DNA from: an uncultured Gemmatimonadales bacterium
GTDB lineage: Bacteria; Gemmatimonadota; Gemmatimonadetes; Gemmatimonadales; GWC2-71-9
Assembly: GCA_963739455.1 (NCBI GenBank)
Contig: CAVUAK010000001.1
Coordinates: 2,336,001-2,400,000, forward strand
Direction: 5' to 3'
DNA: 64,000 bases
The notes under the pieces are model-generated. The model saw only the letters and a list, made by a program, of their open reading frames with translations, ran no database searches and had not been told where the DNA came from. Positions 41,642 to 52,139 of the stretch are shown in pieces. Numbering within the stretch: position 1 is the first letter of the stretch; each line of letters opens with the position of its first letter. The translations under genes and the position numbers were made by a program.

Positions 41642-42523
41642 GTGGCGGGTGAGGGACGGAAGGACCAGGCGGGACGAGGGCGGGGGCCACGGCGACCGGC
41701 GAAGACCGGGATCGCCAAGGGACCGGCTGAGCCGTCACGCCCCAAGTCGGCAGGGCGGAAGCCACCGAAGCGGCTGGCGGAGAAGCCGGCCTCCGCGGAG
41801 ATGCGGGTGCAGCGGGCACTGGCGCAGGCGGGCGTTGCTTCCCGGCGTCAGGGCGAGGAGCTGATCAAGGCGGGGAAGGTGCGGATCGACGGGAAGGTCG
41901 CGGAACTTGGCAGCAAGGTGAATCCGTCGAAGCAGAAGATCACGGTGAACGGGCGGGTGGTGAAGGCGGTGGAGAAGCGGTGGCTGGCCTTCCACAAACC
42001 GCTGGGCGTGGTGACGACGGCAGATGACGAGCAGGGCCGTCAGACGGTATTCGACCTGATCCCGAATCATGCCGGGCTGACGTACGTAGGGCGTCTAGAC
42101 GTCATGACGACGGGGCTGCTGCTGCTCACGACCGATGGCGAAGCGGTGCACCGGCTGACGCACCCGAAGTATCATATTCAGAGGAAGTACACGGCACTGG
42201 TGCATGGGCGGTCCACCGCCGAGCTGACCGGTGCGTTGAAGGAGAACGTGGTGCTCGATGGCCGGCCGGTGATCCCGCGGGATGTGCGGGTACGCCCGGG
42301 GAAGGATGGCCGCAGCATCATCGACGTGACGTTCGAGGAAGGGCGAAACCGGCTGGTGCGGCGTTGGTGCGAGGAGCTGGGGCTCAAGGTGGAGCGACTG
42401 GCGCGGCTGAGCTACGGGCCGGTGCGGCTGGGGGACCTGCCGCCGGGGCGGTACCGGCCGTTGACGCCAGTTGAAGAGAAGGATTTGTACAGGGCGATAC
42501 ATCTAGATAGTGGGCAGTCGTGA
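41642..42523 (+). CDS. rluB: rRNA pseudouridine synthase (RluB/RsuA family, S4 domain)
   Basis: RVQRALAQAGVASRR, HKPLGV, VGRLD..TTGLLLLTTDG, EGRNRLVRR. Confidence 0.9.
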   Translation: MAGEGRKDQAGRGRGPRRPAKTGIAKGPAEPSRPKSAGRKPPKRLAEKPASAEMRVQRALAQAGVASRRQGEELIKAGKVRIDGKVAELGSKVNPSKQKITVNGRVVKAVEKRWLAFHKPLGVVTTADDEQGRQTVFDLIPNHAGLTYVGRLDVMTTGLLLLTTDGEAVHRLTHPKYHIQRKYTALVHGRSTAELTGALKENVVLDGRPVIPRDVRVRPGKDGRSIIDVTFEEGRNRLVRRWCEELGLKVERLARLSYGPVRLGDLPPGRYRPLTPVEEKDLYRAIHLDSGQS

Positions 42524-42660
42524 GTCGGCAGTCGACAGTGAGTCGTCAGTTGAGAGTCCAGAGTTGAGAGTTCAGAGTTCAGAGTTCAGAGTTCAGAGTT
42601 CAGAGTTCAGAGTTCAGAGTTCAGAGTTCAGAGTTGAGAGTTGAGAGTTCAGAGTTGAGA
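42515..42660 (+). repeat. CAGTCGK array followed by 15 tandem GAGTT(C/G)A heptamers (42554-42658)
   Basis: Nine consecutive perfect GAGTTCA units at 42568-42630; array runs into the moxR RBS. Confidence 0.95.
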
Positions 42661-42668
42661 GGAATTAC

Positions 42669-43691
42669 ATGACTGCACCGCAGCCGCAGCGTCTTCCTGC
42701 CGAGCCTGCCCGCCCTGCCGCGGCGCGGGCGGATCTTGCCGCCGAGAGCGCGAGACTGCGCCTGGCGCTGGAAGAGGTATCGAAGCGCATCGTCGGGCAG
42801 GACATGATGGTGGAGCGGCTGCTGATCGGCATGCTGACGGGCGGGCACATCCTGCTCGAGGGCGTTCCGGGTCTGGCCAAGACGCTGGCGGTGCGGACAC
42901 TGGCGGAGATCATCCACGCGAGCTTCTCGCGGATCCAGTTCACGCCCGACCTGCTGCCGGCCGACGTGATCGGCACGATGATCTACGACCAGAAGAACCA
43001 GGACTTCTACGTGAAGAAGGGTCCGCTCTTCGCGCAGATCGTGCTGGCCGATGAAATCAACCGCGCGCCGGCCAAGGTACAGGCGGCGCTGCTGGAAGCG
43101 ATGCAGGAGCGCCAGGTGACGATCGGCGGCACCTCGTTCAAGCTGGAGGAGCCGTTCCTGGTGCTGGCGACGCAGAACCCGATCGAGAACGAGGGCACGT
43201 ATCCGCTGCCCGAGGCGCAGCTCGACCGGTTCATGCTCAAGGTGCACGTCGGCTACCCGAGCCGCGACGAAGAGCGCGAGGTGCTGACGCGCATGGGGAC
43301 GGGGCACGACATCCCTGTCGCCCGGATCCTGGAGCCGGCCGAGATCCTCAAGTTCCGCTCGCAGATTTCCGACGTGTACATGGACCAGAAGCTGGTGGAC
43401 TACATCGTCGACCTGGTGCGCGCGACGCGGGAGCCCGGGTCGGTGGGACTGCAGGACCTGAAGCCGCTGGTCGCGTTCGGTGCGTCCCCCCGCGCCACGC
43501 TGTCACTGGCCTCCGCCGCGCGGGCGCACGCATTCCTGCGGGGCCGGGCGTACGTCATTCCCGAGGATGTGCGCGCGCTTGCGCCGGACGTGCTGCGGCA
43601 CCGGGTGGTGCTGACGTTCGAGGCGGAGGCGGAGGACACGACGAGTGATGACGTGATACAGCGAGTGTTGGGCGCGGTGAGAGCGCCTTAA
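42669..43691 (+). CDS. moxR: MoxR-family AAA+ ATPase
   Basis: GVPGLAKT, RIQFTPDLLPAD, LADEINRAPAKVQAALLE, ATQNPIE.EGTYPLPEAQLDRF. Confidence 0.96.
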   Translation: MTAPQPQRLPAEPARPAAARADLAAESARLRLALEEVSKRIVGQDMMVERLLIGMLTGGHILLEGVPGLAKTLAVRTLAEIIHASFSRIQFTPDLLPADVIGTMIYDQKNQDFYVKKGPLFAQIVLADEINRAPAKVQAALLEAMQERQVTIGGTSFKLEEPFLVLATQNPIENEGTYPLPEAQLDRFMLKVHVGYPSRDEEREVLTRMGTGHDIPVARILEPAEILKFRSQISDVYMDQKLVDYIVDLVRATREPGSVGLQDLKPLVAFGASPRATLSLASAARAHAFLRGRAYVIPEDVRALAPDVLRHRVVLTFEAEAEDTTSDDVIQRVLGAVRAP

Positions 43692-43788
43692 CCGCGTGAG
43701 GGGTGAGGGGTGAGGGGGGCGCTCCGACCAGCTTCGCCCCCGCTCAAGTTGCGCGACCTCTCTCACCCCTCTCCCCTTACCCTCACCA
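43690..43788. repeat. AACCGC leader + GTGAGGG array with inverted CCCTCAC arm
   Basis: taaccgcgtgaggggtgaggggtgagggg..ctctcacccctctccccttaccctcacc. Confidence 0.75.
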
Positions 43789-43795
43789 TCAATCC

Positions 43796-44683
43796 ATGAC
43801 CGCCGTCTCCCCAGAAATCCTCAAGCAGGTCAAGGGCATCGAGCTCCGCACGCGCGGGCTGGTGTCGGCCCTGTTCGCGGGCGAGTACCGCTCGGTGTTC
43901 CGGGGCCAGGGGATGGAGTTCGCCGAGGTGCGGGCGTACGAGCCGGGGGATGATTTCCGGAGCATCGACTGGAACGTCTCGGCGCGGCTCGCGAGCCCGT
44001 TCGTCAAGACGTACACCGAGGAGCGCGAGCTCACGCTGATGCTGGTGGTGGACCAGTCCGGATCCACGCGGGTAGGCGACCCGATCAGCAAGGTGGGTCT
44101 CGAGGTGGAAGTGGCGGCGGTGCTGGCGCTCGCCGCCGCATACCAGAACGACCGCGTGGGCGCGCTGCTCTTTGCGGAAGAGGTCGAGCATGTCGTTCCG
44201 CCCCGGAAGGGACGCCGGCACGCGCTGCGCTGCATCCGCGACCTGATCGCCTTTTCGCCCGCCTCGAAGAAGACCAACCTCGGCGCCAGCCTGACGTACA
44301 CCGGACGACTGCTGCGGCATCGCAGCATCGTGGTGGTGCTCTCCGACTTCCTCGCCAATGACTGGGAACGGCCGCTGCGCCGCCTCGCGGCGCGGCACGA
44401 GGTCGTGGCAGTGACGGTGGACGATCCGCGGGAGCGCACGCTGCCGGATGCGGGCGTACTGTGGCTGGAGGATGCCGAGAGCGGGCAGCTGGTGCAGGTG
44501 GACACGACGGCGGGGCGCACGCGTGATGCACTGGCGCGCCACACGGAGCGCCGGCGACTGGAGCGGGCGCGGATGATCACGTCGGCGGGGGTGGACCAGG
44601 TGGCGCTGGTGGCCGGCCAGGACTACGCGCCGATCCTGCGGCGAGCATTCGCGGCGCGGGCGCGCCGGCTGCACCGCGGATAA
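43796..44683 (+). CDS. DUF58 domain protein
   Basis: GEYRSVFRGQGMEFAEVRAYEPGDDFRSIDWNVSAR..EERE..VDQSGS. Confidence 0.94.
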   Translation: MTAVSPEILKQVKGIELRTRGLVSALFAGEYRSVFRGQGMEFAEVRAYEPGDDFRSIDWNVSARLASPFVKTYTEERELTLMLVVDQSGSTRVGDPISKVGLEVEVAAVLALAAAYQNDRVGALLFAEEVEHVVPPRKGRRHALRCIRDLIAFSPASKKTNLGASLTYTGRLLRHRSIVVVLSDFLANDWERPLRRLAARHEVVAVTVDDPRERTLPDAGVLWLEDAESGQLVQVDTTAGRTRDALARHTERRRLERARMITSAGVDQVALVAGQDYAPILRRAFAARARRLHRG

Positions 44684-45484
44684 TGCTGCTGCTCCTGGCC
44701 CTGCTGCAGCAGGGCGCGCCGACGGTGGGTGACACGATCTGGCTCGTGCGCACCGTCGCCGTACCGAGAGGAGGCGTCGCGCGCCCGGCGCCGTGGAACC
44801 CGACTGGTGCACTGGAGACGCTGGGTCCCCCGCGGGTCACGGTGCGAGGTGACTCGGTGGAGATCGCCTACCCGGTGGTGGGATGGCTTGCCGGATCGCA
44901 TTCGGTCGAGGTTCCGGGCCCGCTCCTGCTCCTTGCCGGCGGCGGGGTGGACTCGATTCCTGCCGAAAAGGTGTCGGTGACCGTCGCCAGTGTCCTCCCG
45001 GCCGGCGTCCCTGATTCCCTCCTGCAGATCCAGCCTGCGGCACAGGCGGTCGTGCGCGGTGAGCGGACGATCCGTTCACTGCTCGCCCTGCTGTTGCTCG
45101 CGGGACTGATACTCCTCCCGGTTCACCTGCTGTGGCGACGGCGTGGCAAGGCGCTGCCGCGCGCACCGGCACGCCCGGTGCCGGCGCTTGCCGCTGGAGC
45201 GCTGGGCCGATGCCGGTGAGGTGCGGGTCGTGCTTGCCGCGGCGACGGCGGCGTTGCGCGACGCGATTGCCCGCTCGGTGCCGGAGGCGACGCCGGCGGT
45301 AGACGTGCCCCAGGTGCTCGAGGCGGTGCGGGTCGCGCGCCCCGACTGGCCGCACGCGGAGATTGCCGACGTGCTCGGTGCGCTGGAGGAGGCGCGCTTC
45401 ACACCGGAAGCATTTCCCGATGCCGCCGGGCTGGCGACCTGGGCCCAGAACCTCGCGGGCCAGCTCACCAAGGCGGCGGCGTGA
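44683..45484 (+). CDS. Bat-operon-associated membrane protein (frameshift ~45190)
   Basis: TVGDTIWL beta domain, single TM helix, helical C-terminus; positional context. Confidence 0.65.
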
Positions 45485-46452
45485 GCTTCGCGCGTCCATT
45501 CCTGCTCCTTCTGCTGCTGCTGCTGCCGCTCTGGTGGTGGCAGCGCCGCAAGCGTCGCGTGACCGTCCCCTTCAGCGACGTGGGGATGGTCGCGGCCGAC
45601 GCGCGCCCGCCGTGGTGGACGCGCCTGCCACCGGTGCTGCGGTCGATTGCGCTGACTGCGTGGATCCTGGCGGCGGCGGGTCCGCAGGTGGGCGGGAGCA
45701 CGGTGGAAGAGAAGCGCGAGGGAATCGCGATCGCGATTGCGATCGACATCTCGAGCAGCATGCTCGCGGAAGACTTCGCGCCGTCGAACCGGATGGAAGT
45801 GGCGAAGCAGCAGGCGATCGAGTTCGTCCAGGGCCGGAAGGCGGACCGGATCGGCCTGGTGGCATTCGCGGGTGAGGCGCTGACTCAGGTACCCGTCACC
45901 CTCGACTATGCCGTGGTGGTGCAGGCGATCGAGGGACTCCGCATCGGGAGCCTGGAGGACGGCACGGCAATCGGCAGCGGGCTCGCCACGGCGGTGAACC
46001 GGCTGCGACGCGCGCCGGGCAAGTCGAAGGTGGTGCTGCTGCTGACCGACGGTGAGAACAACCGGGGACGGATCGACCCGCGCACGGCGGCGGCGACGGC
46101 GCAGGCGTACGGCATCAAGGTGTACACGATCGGTGTGGGTACCGATGGTGAGGCGCGCATCCCGACGGGGCGCGGTATCGGCGGGCTTCGCTATGAAGTG
46201 CTGCAGGTCAACATCGACGAGGACCTGCTGCGAGAGATCGCGAGCAAGACCGGTGGCAAGTACTTCCGGGCGCGTGACAGCGAGGCGTTGAGCCGGATCT
46301 TCCACCAGATCGATGCGCTGGAGAAGACCCCGGTGACGGTGACACGCTACGCCCGGTACGATGAAGTGATCCAGCCGTTCGTGATCGCAGGGCTCCTGGC
46401 CTTGCTGCTGGAGCTGGCGCTGTCGGCCACCGTCGCAGTGCGGGTGCCATGA
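45481..46452 (+). CDS. batA: BatA-like VWA domain protein
   Basis: SFARP TM start, DISSSM MIDAS, DRIGLVAFAG, GTAIG.GL, LLTDGENN. Confidence 0.9.
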   Translation: MSFARPFLLLLLLLLPLWWWQRRKRRVTVPFSDVGMVAADARPPWWTRLPPVLRSIALTAWILAAAGPQVGGSTVEEKREGIAIAIAIDISSSMLAEDFAPSNRMEVAKQQAIEFVQGRKADRIGLVAFAGEALTQVPVTLDYAVVVQAIEGLRIGSLEDGTAIGSGLATAVNRLRRAPGKSKVVLLLTDGENNRGRIDPRTAAATAQAYGIKVYTIGVGTDGEARIPTGRGIGGLRYEVLQVNIDEDLLREIASKTGGKYFRARDSEALSRIFHQIDALEKTPVTVTRYARYDEVIQPFVIAGLLALLLELALSATVAVRVP

Positions 46453-48062
46453 CCTTCGAGACCCCACTCCTGCTCGCTGCGGCACCGATCCTGGGCGGAT
46501 TGCTCCTCGCCGGGGCGTGGCTGGCGCGCCGGCGCCGGTTGCGCGCGGCCACCGCGTGGTCAGGCGCGCTCGGGGCGATCGCGAAGAAGCGGGCGCGCTG
46601 GACACCGGCAATCCTGGCGGTGGGTGGCGCGCTGGCGGCGGTGACCTTTGCGGGTCCGCGAGGGGGCCCCCGGAGTGTCGTGTCGGAGAGCAGGGCACTC
46701 GACCTGGTGATCGCGGTGGATGTGAGCCGCTCGATGCTGGCGGAGGATGTGTCGCCGAGCCGGTTGCAGCGATCGGTGCGCGAAGCCCGTCGCCTGGTGG
46801 AGGACCTGCCGGGCGACCGCCTGGGCCTGATCGCTTTCGCGGGGAAGAGCTACATCCTGTCGCCGCTCACGGTTGATGGTGGCGCGGTCGAGATGTACCT
46901 CGATGCACTCGACCCGGATATCGCCTCGGAGGGAGGAACGAACCTTTCGGCGGTGCTGCGCCAGGGGGCGGAGCTGCTCACCGCGACGCGGGACGGGGCG
47001 GACCGGGTGCTGGTGGTGTTCACCGATGGCGAGGCGCACGACTCGCTGGATGACGCGCTGGCCGCGGCGCGCGCGCTGGCGAAGCAGGGTATCACGCTGA
47101 TCCTCGTGGCCGAGGGCGGCACCGAACCGGTACGGATCCCGATCCGTGACCCGAACGGGGCGCTGCTGGAATACAAGCTGGACGAGAATGGGGAAGTGGT
47201 CCGCACGAGACGCAGTGACGAGAACCTCCGCGCCATTGCGGAAGCGGCGAAGGGATCGGTGGTGGCGTCGGAGCTGCCGGACCAGGCGGGGGCGACGCGC
47301 GAACTGGTGGCGACTTTGCGGCGCAGCGCGTCGCGCGAGAGTCGCACCGCCGACCTCGAACCACTCGCATGGATCCCGATGCTGATTGCAGTAGTGCTGC
47401 TGCTCATCGATACGTGGCGCCAGCGGGCGGGGGCGCTGGTGGGCCTGTTGCTGATGCTCTCGGCGCGCGAAGCCTCGGCGCAGCGCCCGTCACCCGGCGA
47501 GCGCAAGCTCGCCTCGGGGGAGCACTCCGCGGCTGCGTCGGCGTTCCTGAAGGAAGCCGGCCGAGCGGCAAGTGACACGGCGCTGTACGACGCCGGCACG
47601 GCGGCGCTGGCGGCGGGTGACATCGAGGCGGCGATGTCGGCGCTGTCGCTCGCGTCCAAGTCGGTCGATCCGGGACTCAGGTATCGCGCCCTCTACAACC
47701 TTGGCGTGGTGAACCTGATGACGGCGCGCGCGGACACGGCCAAGCGCGAGGCGATGACGCAGGAGGCGATCGACCACCTGCGCGAGGCACTGCTGCTGGC
47801 GCCCAGCTCGCCGCGGGCCAAGTGGAACCTCGAGCTGGCGGAGAGCATGCGTCCCCCGCCGACGGGTGGTGGTGGCGGTGGCCAGAGCGGCGGGCCAAGC
47901 AAGCCGCAGCCGCAGCAGGCGGCACCGACGCCGTCGAGCGGCGGGCTCAATAAGAGCCAGGCGGAGCAGATCCTGAGCTCGATGGAACGAGAAGAGCTGG
48001 GCACGCAGGAAGCGAGGCAGCGGAAGCTCCGCGCCTCCCCGCCTCCGGGGAAGGACTGGTAG
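46449..48062 (+). CDS. batB: BatB-like VWA protein fused to BatC-like TPR region
   Basis: DVSRSM..SPSRL, DRLGLIAFAG, FTDGE; ALYNLG, AKWNLELA, KDW terminus. Confidence 0.85.
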   Translation: MTFETPLLLAAAPILGGLLLAGAWLARRRRLRAATAWSGALGAIAKKRARWTPAILAVGGALAAVTFAGPRGGPRSVVSESRALDLVIAVDVSRSMLAEDVSPSRLQRSVREARRLVEDLPGDRLGLIAFAGKSYILSPLTVDGGAVEMYLDALDPDIASEGGTNLSAVLRQGAELLTATRDGADRVLVVFTDGEAHDSLDDALAAARALAKQGITLILVAEGGTEPVRIPIRDPNGALLEYKLDENGEVVRTRRSDENLRAIAEAAKGSVVASELPDQAGATRELVATLRRSASRESRTADLEPLAWIPMLIAVVLLLIDTWRQRAGALVGLLLMLSAREASAQRPSPGERKLASGEHSAAASAFLKEAGRAASDTALYDAGTAALAAGDIEAAMSALSLASKSVDPGLRYRALYNLGVVNLMTARADTAKREAMTQEAIDHLREALLLAPSSPRAKWNLELAESMRPPPTGGGGGGQSGGPSKPQPQQAAPTPSSGGLNKSQAEQILSSMEREELGTQEARQRKLRASPPPGKDW

Positions 48063-50371
48063 TGCTGGCGCTGCTGCTGCTCCTGCAACAGGGGCCGGGC
48101 CTCACGCTCACGGCCACGGTAGATCGTCCGCGCCTGAACGTGGGTGAGGAAGTGGTCCTCACCATCGTGGCGGGTGGCCGCACGGCGGACGCGGTGCAGT
48201 GGGACCTGCCGGCGTTCAGCGGATTCGCGCTGATGTCGCGGAGCGAGGCGAGTGAAGTGACGCTCGGCGTGGAGCGCGCGCGTATCAGCACGCTGGAATT
48301 GCGGCTTCGCGCGGTGCGAGCGGGGAGCTACGCGTTCGGGCCGATCAGGGCGCAGCAGGGGACAATCCAGGCGAGCATCGACGGCCCGGATGTGGAGGTG
48401 ACGGAGAACGCCGCAGCCGGCATGGTGGCGCTCAATCCCCGGGTGCGAGACCTCGTGGCGCGCGCGCCACCGCCCAAGGCAGGCTCCGGTGCCAGCGTGC
48501 AGGTGGTACTGTCGCGCGATACGGTCATGGTGGGCGAGCAGGTGGACGTGCTCACGGCGGCATGGTTCTCCCGCGAGCTGCGCGGGCGGCTCAGGCGCCA
48601 GCCGCGCTTCGAGCCACCGGTGCTCACGGGGGTGTGGGCGTTTCCCCAGACGGCACTGCCGGGCATCGCCGCGAGCAAGCGAGTCGCCGACCGCTGGTAC
48701 GACCTCTTCGTGCTGCACCAGGTGGTGTTCCCGCTCGCGCCGGGCGAGGTGACGATCCCGCCGGTGACGCTGACGTACGAAGTGCCGGTCGCGATGCAGT
48801 TCTTCAGCCAGGATGAGCGCTACACGGTGTCGAGCCCGCTGCGCACGCTGACGGTGCTGCCGCTCCCGACCGCGGGGCAGCCGCCGGGATTCGCCGGCGC
48901 CACCGGGGTCAACCTCAAGCTCGAGCGATCGATCACGCCGACCGCGGCGCGCGCGAACGAAGCGGTGAACGTGGAGATCGCCGTGCGGGGCGAGGGGAAC
49001 GTCGCGCTGTGGCCGTCACCGGACATCACGTGGCCGGCGGGAACCAGGGCGTACGCGGAAGGCAGCAGCGAGGAGATGGAGCCGGTTGCGGGCCGCCTCG
49101 CGGGCGTGAAGCGATTCAAGTTCGTGGTGGTGCCGACGCAGGCCGGCGTGCTGTCGGTACCGGCGGTGAGCTACCCGTACTACGACTTCGGCCGGCGAGG
49201 CTACGTGGTGCCGACGCTGCCCGCGCTTGGGGTGGCCGTTGCGCCAGGGAATGAGGCGGCGGCCGCGCGCTCGATGCCGCCGCCATTGCTCGAGCGGCGC
49301 GGCGCGCCGCCCGCCGACCAGGTCAGCGAGGCGATGACGGAGTGGGGCTGGGCAGCGGTATTCCTGCTTCCACCGCTCGCCGTGCTGGGAATGTCATTGC
49401 GCCGACGGCGCCGGCCCAAGCCGGTGCCGACGCGCCGCAAGTCGGACGACCCGTCGCTTGCGCTCGACCGGGCGCTGATGCAGCTGCTGCCGAAGGAGGA
49501 TATCGCCACGCCGGAGCGGCTGGTGCCGGCGCTGCGCGCGGCAGGGTTCGATGCAGCAACGGCACAGGCAATCGCATCGGTGCGGGATGCAGTGCAGGGG
49601 CATCGCTACGGACCACCGGGCAGCGACATGGCGCCTGATTCGCAGGCGCTCGACCGGGCGCTGGCGTGGCTGCGCGACGCGATGGCGAGCCGTCCGGCCG
49701 GGGTCATCGCCATGCTGATGTTCTGCGTGGTGTCGCTGAGCCAGGCGCAGATGACGCCGGACAGCCTCTACGCGGCGGGTGCGCTGAGCCGGGCGGAGCA
49801 GGGCTTCCACGAAGAAATCGCGAAGTCGCCGCGCGACCCGGCGCTCTGGTACGGCCTGGGTGCAGCGCGCTACCGGCAGGGTGATGACGGTGGTGCTGCG
49901 GCGGCGTGGATCACGGCGCTCCGGCTGGCGCCGCGGGACGGCACGATCCGGCGCGCGCTGCTGCTGACACCGCCGCCGGACCAGGCGAGTGCGGCGAGAC
50001 GGAGCGTCCCGCCATTCACGGCGGCGGAACTACTGCTGGTGGCGGGGCTCTGCTGGCTGGCGGGATGGGCCCTTCTCCTCGCGTCGCAGCGGAAGGTGCG
50101 CCGCTTCGCACCGGTGCTGCTGGTGCTGGGCGTGGTGGTGGGGGCGAGCGCGGGTGCCACGTACTGGTGGGACCGTCGCCCGATTGCGCTCGCGGTGGAA
50201 GACACGCCGCTCCGTGCGTCGCCGCATGGTCGTGCCACCATGATCCGCATGCTGCCGTCAGGGTCGGCGGTCTTCGTCGAGCGGGAGCAGCCGGGCTGGG
50301 TGCTGGTGCAGGGTGCCGGCAAGGAGCTCGGCTGGCTGCCACGGAGCGCCATCGCCGCAGCGGGGGAGTAG
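48062..50371 (+). CDS. batD: BatD-like protein fused to BatE-like TPR/SH3 region
   Basis: LTATVDR..VGEEV, VGEQV, VRGEGNV, TM helix, LWYGLG TPR, C-terminal SH3-like GWLP. Confidence 0.8.
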   Translation: MLALLLLLQQGPGLTLTATVDRPRLNVGEEVVLTIVAGGRTADAVQWDLPAFSGFALMSRSEASEVTLGVERARISTLELRLRAVRAGSYAFGPIRAQQGTIQASIDGPDVEVTENAAAGMVALNPRVRDLVARAPPPKAGSGASVQVVLSRDTVMVGEQVDVLTAAWFSRELRGRLRRQPRFEPPVLTGVWAFPQTALPGIAASKRVADRWYDLFVLHQVVFPLAPGEVTIPPVTLTYEVPVAMQFFSQDERYTVSSPLRTLTVLPLPTAGQPPGFAGATGVNLKLERSITPTAARANEAVNVEIAVRGEGNVALWPSPDITWPAGTRAYAEGSSEEMEPVAGRLAGVKRFKFVVVPTQAGVLSVPAVSYPYYDFGRRGYVVPTLPALGVAVAPGNEAAAARSMPPPLLERRGAPPADQVSEAMTEWGWAAVFLLPPLAVLGMSLRRRRRPKPVPTRRKSDDPSLALDRALMQLLPKEDIATPERLVPALRAAGFDAATAQAIASVRDAVQGHRYGPPGSDMAPDSQALDRALAWLRDAMASRPAGVIAMLMFCVVSLSQAQMTPDSLYAAGALSRAEQGFHEEIAKSPRDPALWYGLGAARYRQGDDGGAAAAWITALRLAPRDGTIRRALLLTPPPDQASAARRSVPPFTAAELLLVAGLCWLAGWALLLASQRKVRRFAPVLLVLGVVVGASAGATYWWDRRPIALAVEDTPLRASPHGRATMIRMLPSGSAVFVEREQPGWVLVQGAGKELGWLPRSAIAAAGE

Positions 50372-50380
50372 ATTCTGCGC

Positions 50381-52139
50381 GTGACCCTTCCCACGACAAC
50401 AACGCGCCGAATTGCCATCCTGCCCGATGCGGTCGCAGACCAGATCGCGGCGGGCGAGGTGGTGGAGCGCCCAGCATCGGTGGTGAAGGAGCTGGTGGAG
50501 AACAGCATCGATGCCGGCGCGCGGCACGTGCGGGTGGAGATCGAGACCGGCGGGAAGACGCTGGTGAAGGTGAGTGACGACGGCAGCGGCATGGGCCGCG
50601 ATGACGCGGTGCTGGCGCTCGACCGTCATGCCACGAGCAAGATCACGAGTGCGGCGGAACTGGTGGGAATCGCGACCTTCGGTTTTCGCGGTGAGGCACT
50701 CCCCGCCATTGCATCGGTGTCCCGATTCTCGCTCTCCACCGCGGACCAGGATGGCGCGGGCGTCGAGGTGACGGTCAATGGCGGGCGCATGGAGCGGGTG
50801 GACCCCATCGCACGCCAGCGCGGCACGACCATCTCGGTGCGCACCCTCTTCTTCAATACGCCGGCACGGCGGAAGTTCCTGCGCTCCACCTCGAGCGAGA
50901 CGCGGGCGTGTCACGAGGCGGTGCTCACGCTGGCGCTGGCGCACCCGGGAGTCGGCTTCGAGTTCCATGCGGACCAGGTGAACCGGTTCCACGCGCCGGC
51001 GGGGCAGTCGCTCGCCGAGCGGCTGCGGACGACGTGGGGTCGCGAGCTGTCGGAGACGCTGATCCCGGTGGAGTTCGCGGCGGGCGGGTTCCGGGTGCAT
51101 GGATTCGCGCAGCGTCCCGCTGATGCGCGACCCACGGGGCGGCGCACACAGCTGTTCGTGAATGGCCGGCCGTTCCGGGACAACTTCCTGGTGCGCGCGG
51201 CGGAGGCGGGATATCGCTCGGCGATTCACCCGGGCGACCGTCCGTCGCTGTACCTGGACGTTCAGGTGCAGCCGGGTGACGTGGACGTGAACGTGCACCC
51301 GGCGAAGCTGGAGGTGCGGTTCCGGGACCGGATCGGGATCGAGCGGGTGGTGGAGGATGGGGTGAGGCATGCGTTGGGGTCGCTTGTCCGCGGCGGCTGG
51401 AAGTGCTGGAGGAGTCGGCAGTCGGCAGTCCACAGTCGACAGGGAGTCGGCAGTCAGTCGGCCAATCGGGGCTGTGGCCAGCTGTCGACTCACGACTCAC
51501 TGCCGACTCACGACTGACGACTGACGACTCGATCCGCCGACTCGCCGGACTCCCGGCCTTCATTCGCGAACATCCCCGTCACCCAGATGTTCGACACCTA
51601 CCTCGTGTACGCATCAGACACCGGCATTGTCATCGTGGACCAGCACTCGGCGCATGAGCGGGTGCTGTACGAGGAAGTGCTGAAGCAGCTCGCCGGGGAC
51701 CGGGGGAGCGCACAGCACCTGCTGATCCCGGTGACGATCGAGCTGACCGATGAAGAGCTGGACGCGGTGGAGTCGTACCGCGACGTGCTGGACCAGATCG
51801 GCTTCGAGGCGGTGCCGTTCGGCGGGCGCACGGTGGCGCTCAATGCGGTGCCGAACCCGCACCCGAAGTTCGATGCGGCGCGCTGCTTCCGGGAAATGGT
51901 GGCCGACCTGGCGCGAGGGCGTTTCGGTGGGTGGCACAACCGGCTGGAACGGTTCGCGGCGACGTATGCGTGTCGCGCGGCAGTGATGGCAGGGGACAAG
52001 CTGAGCGAGCGGGAGATCCGGGAGCTGCTGCTGCGACTGTTCGCGACGACAGTTGCCGCCGCACGATGTGCATGGACGGTCGACGATCGTGCAGCTGCCG
52101 GTGGAGGAGCTCGAACGGCGGTTCGGGAGGAGGAACTGA
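50381..52139 (+). CDS. mutL: DNA mismatch repair endonuclease MutL (frameshifted; repeat element in linker)
   Basis: IAAGEVVERPASVVKELVENSIDAG, RHATSKI, TFGFRGEAL, VDVNVHPAK; DQHSAHERVLYE, ACR, DVHGR. Confidence 0.95.
51412..51530. repeat. Inverted CAGTCGK/CGACTGA heptamer element inside mutL
   Basis: gagtcggcagtcggcagtccacagtcgacagggagtcggcagtc..ctgtcgactcacgactcactgccgactcacgactgacgactgacgactc. Confidence 0.9.

Noticed and set aside
42547..42660. CRISPR array
   Set aside because: Contiguous 7-bp units with no spacers and no cas genes; the same applies to all other arrays.
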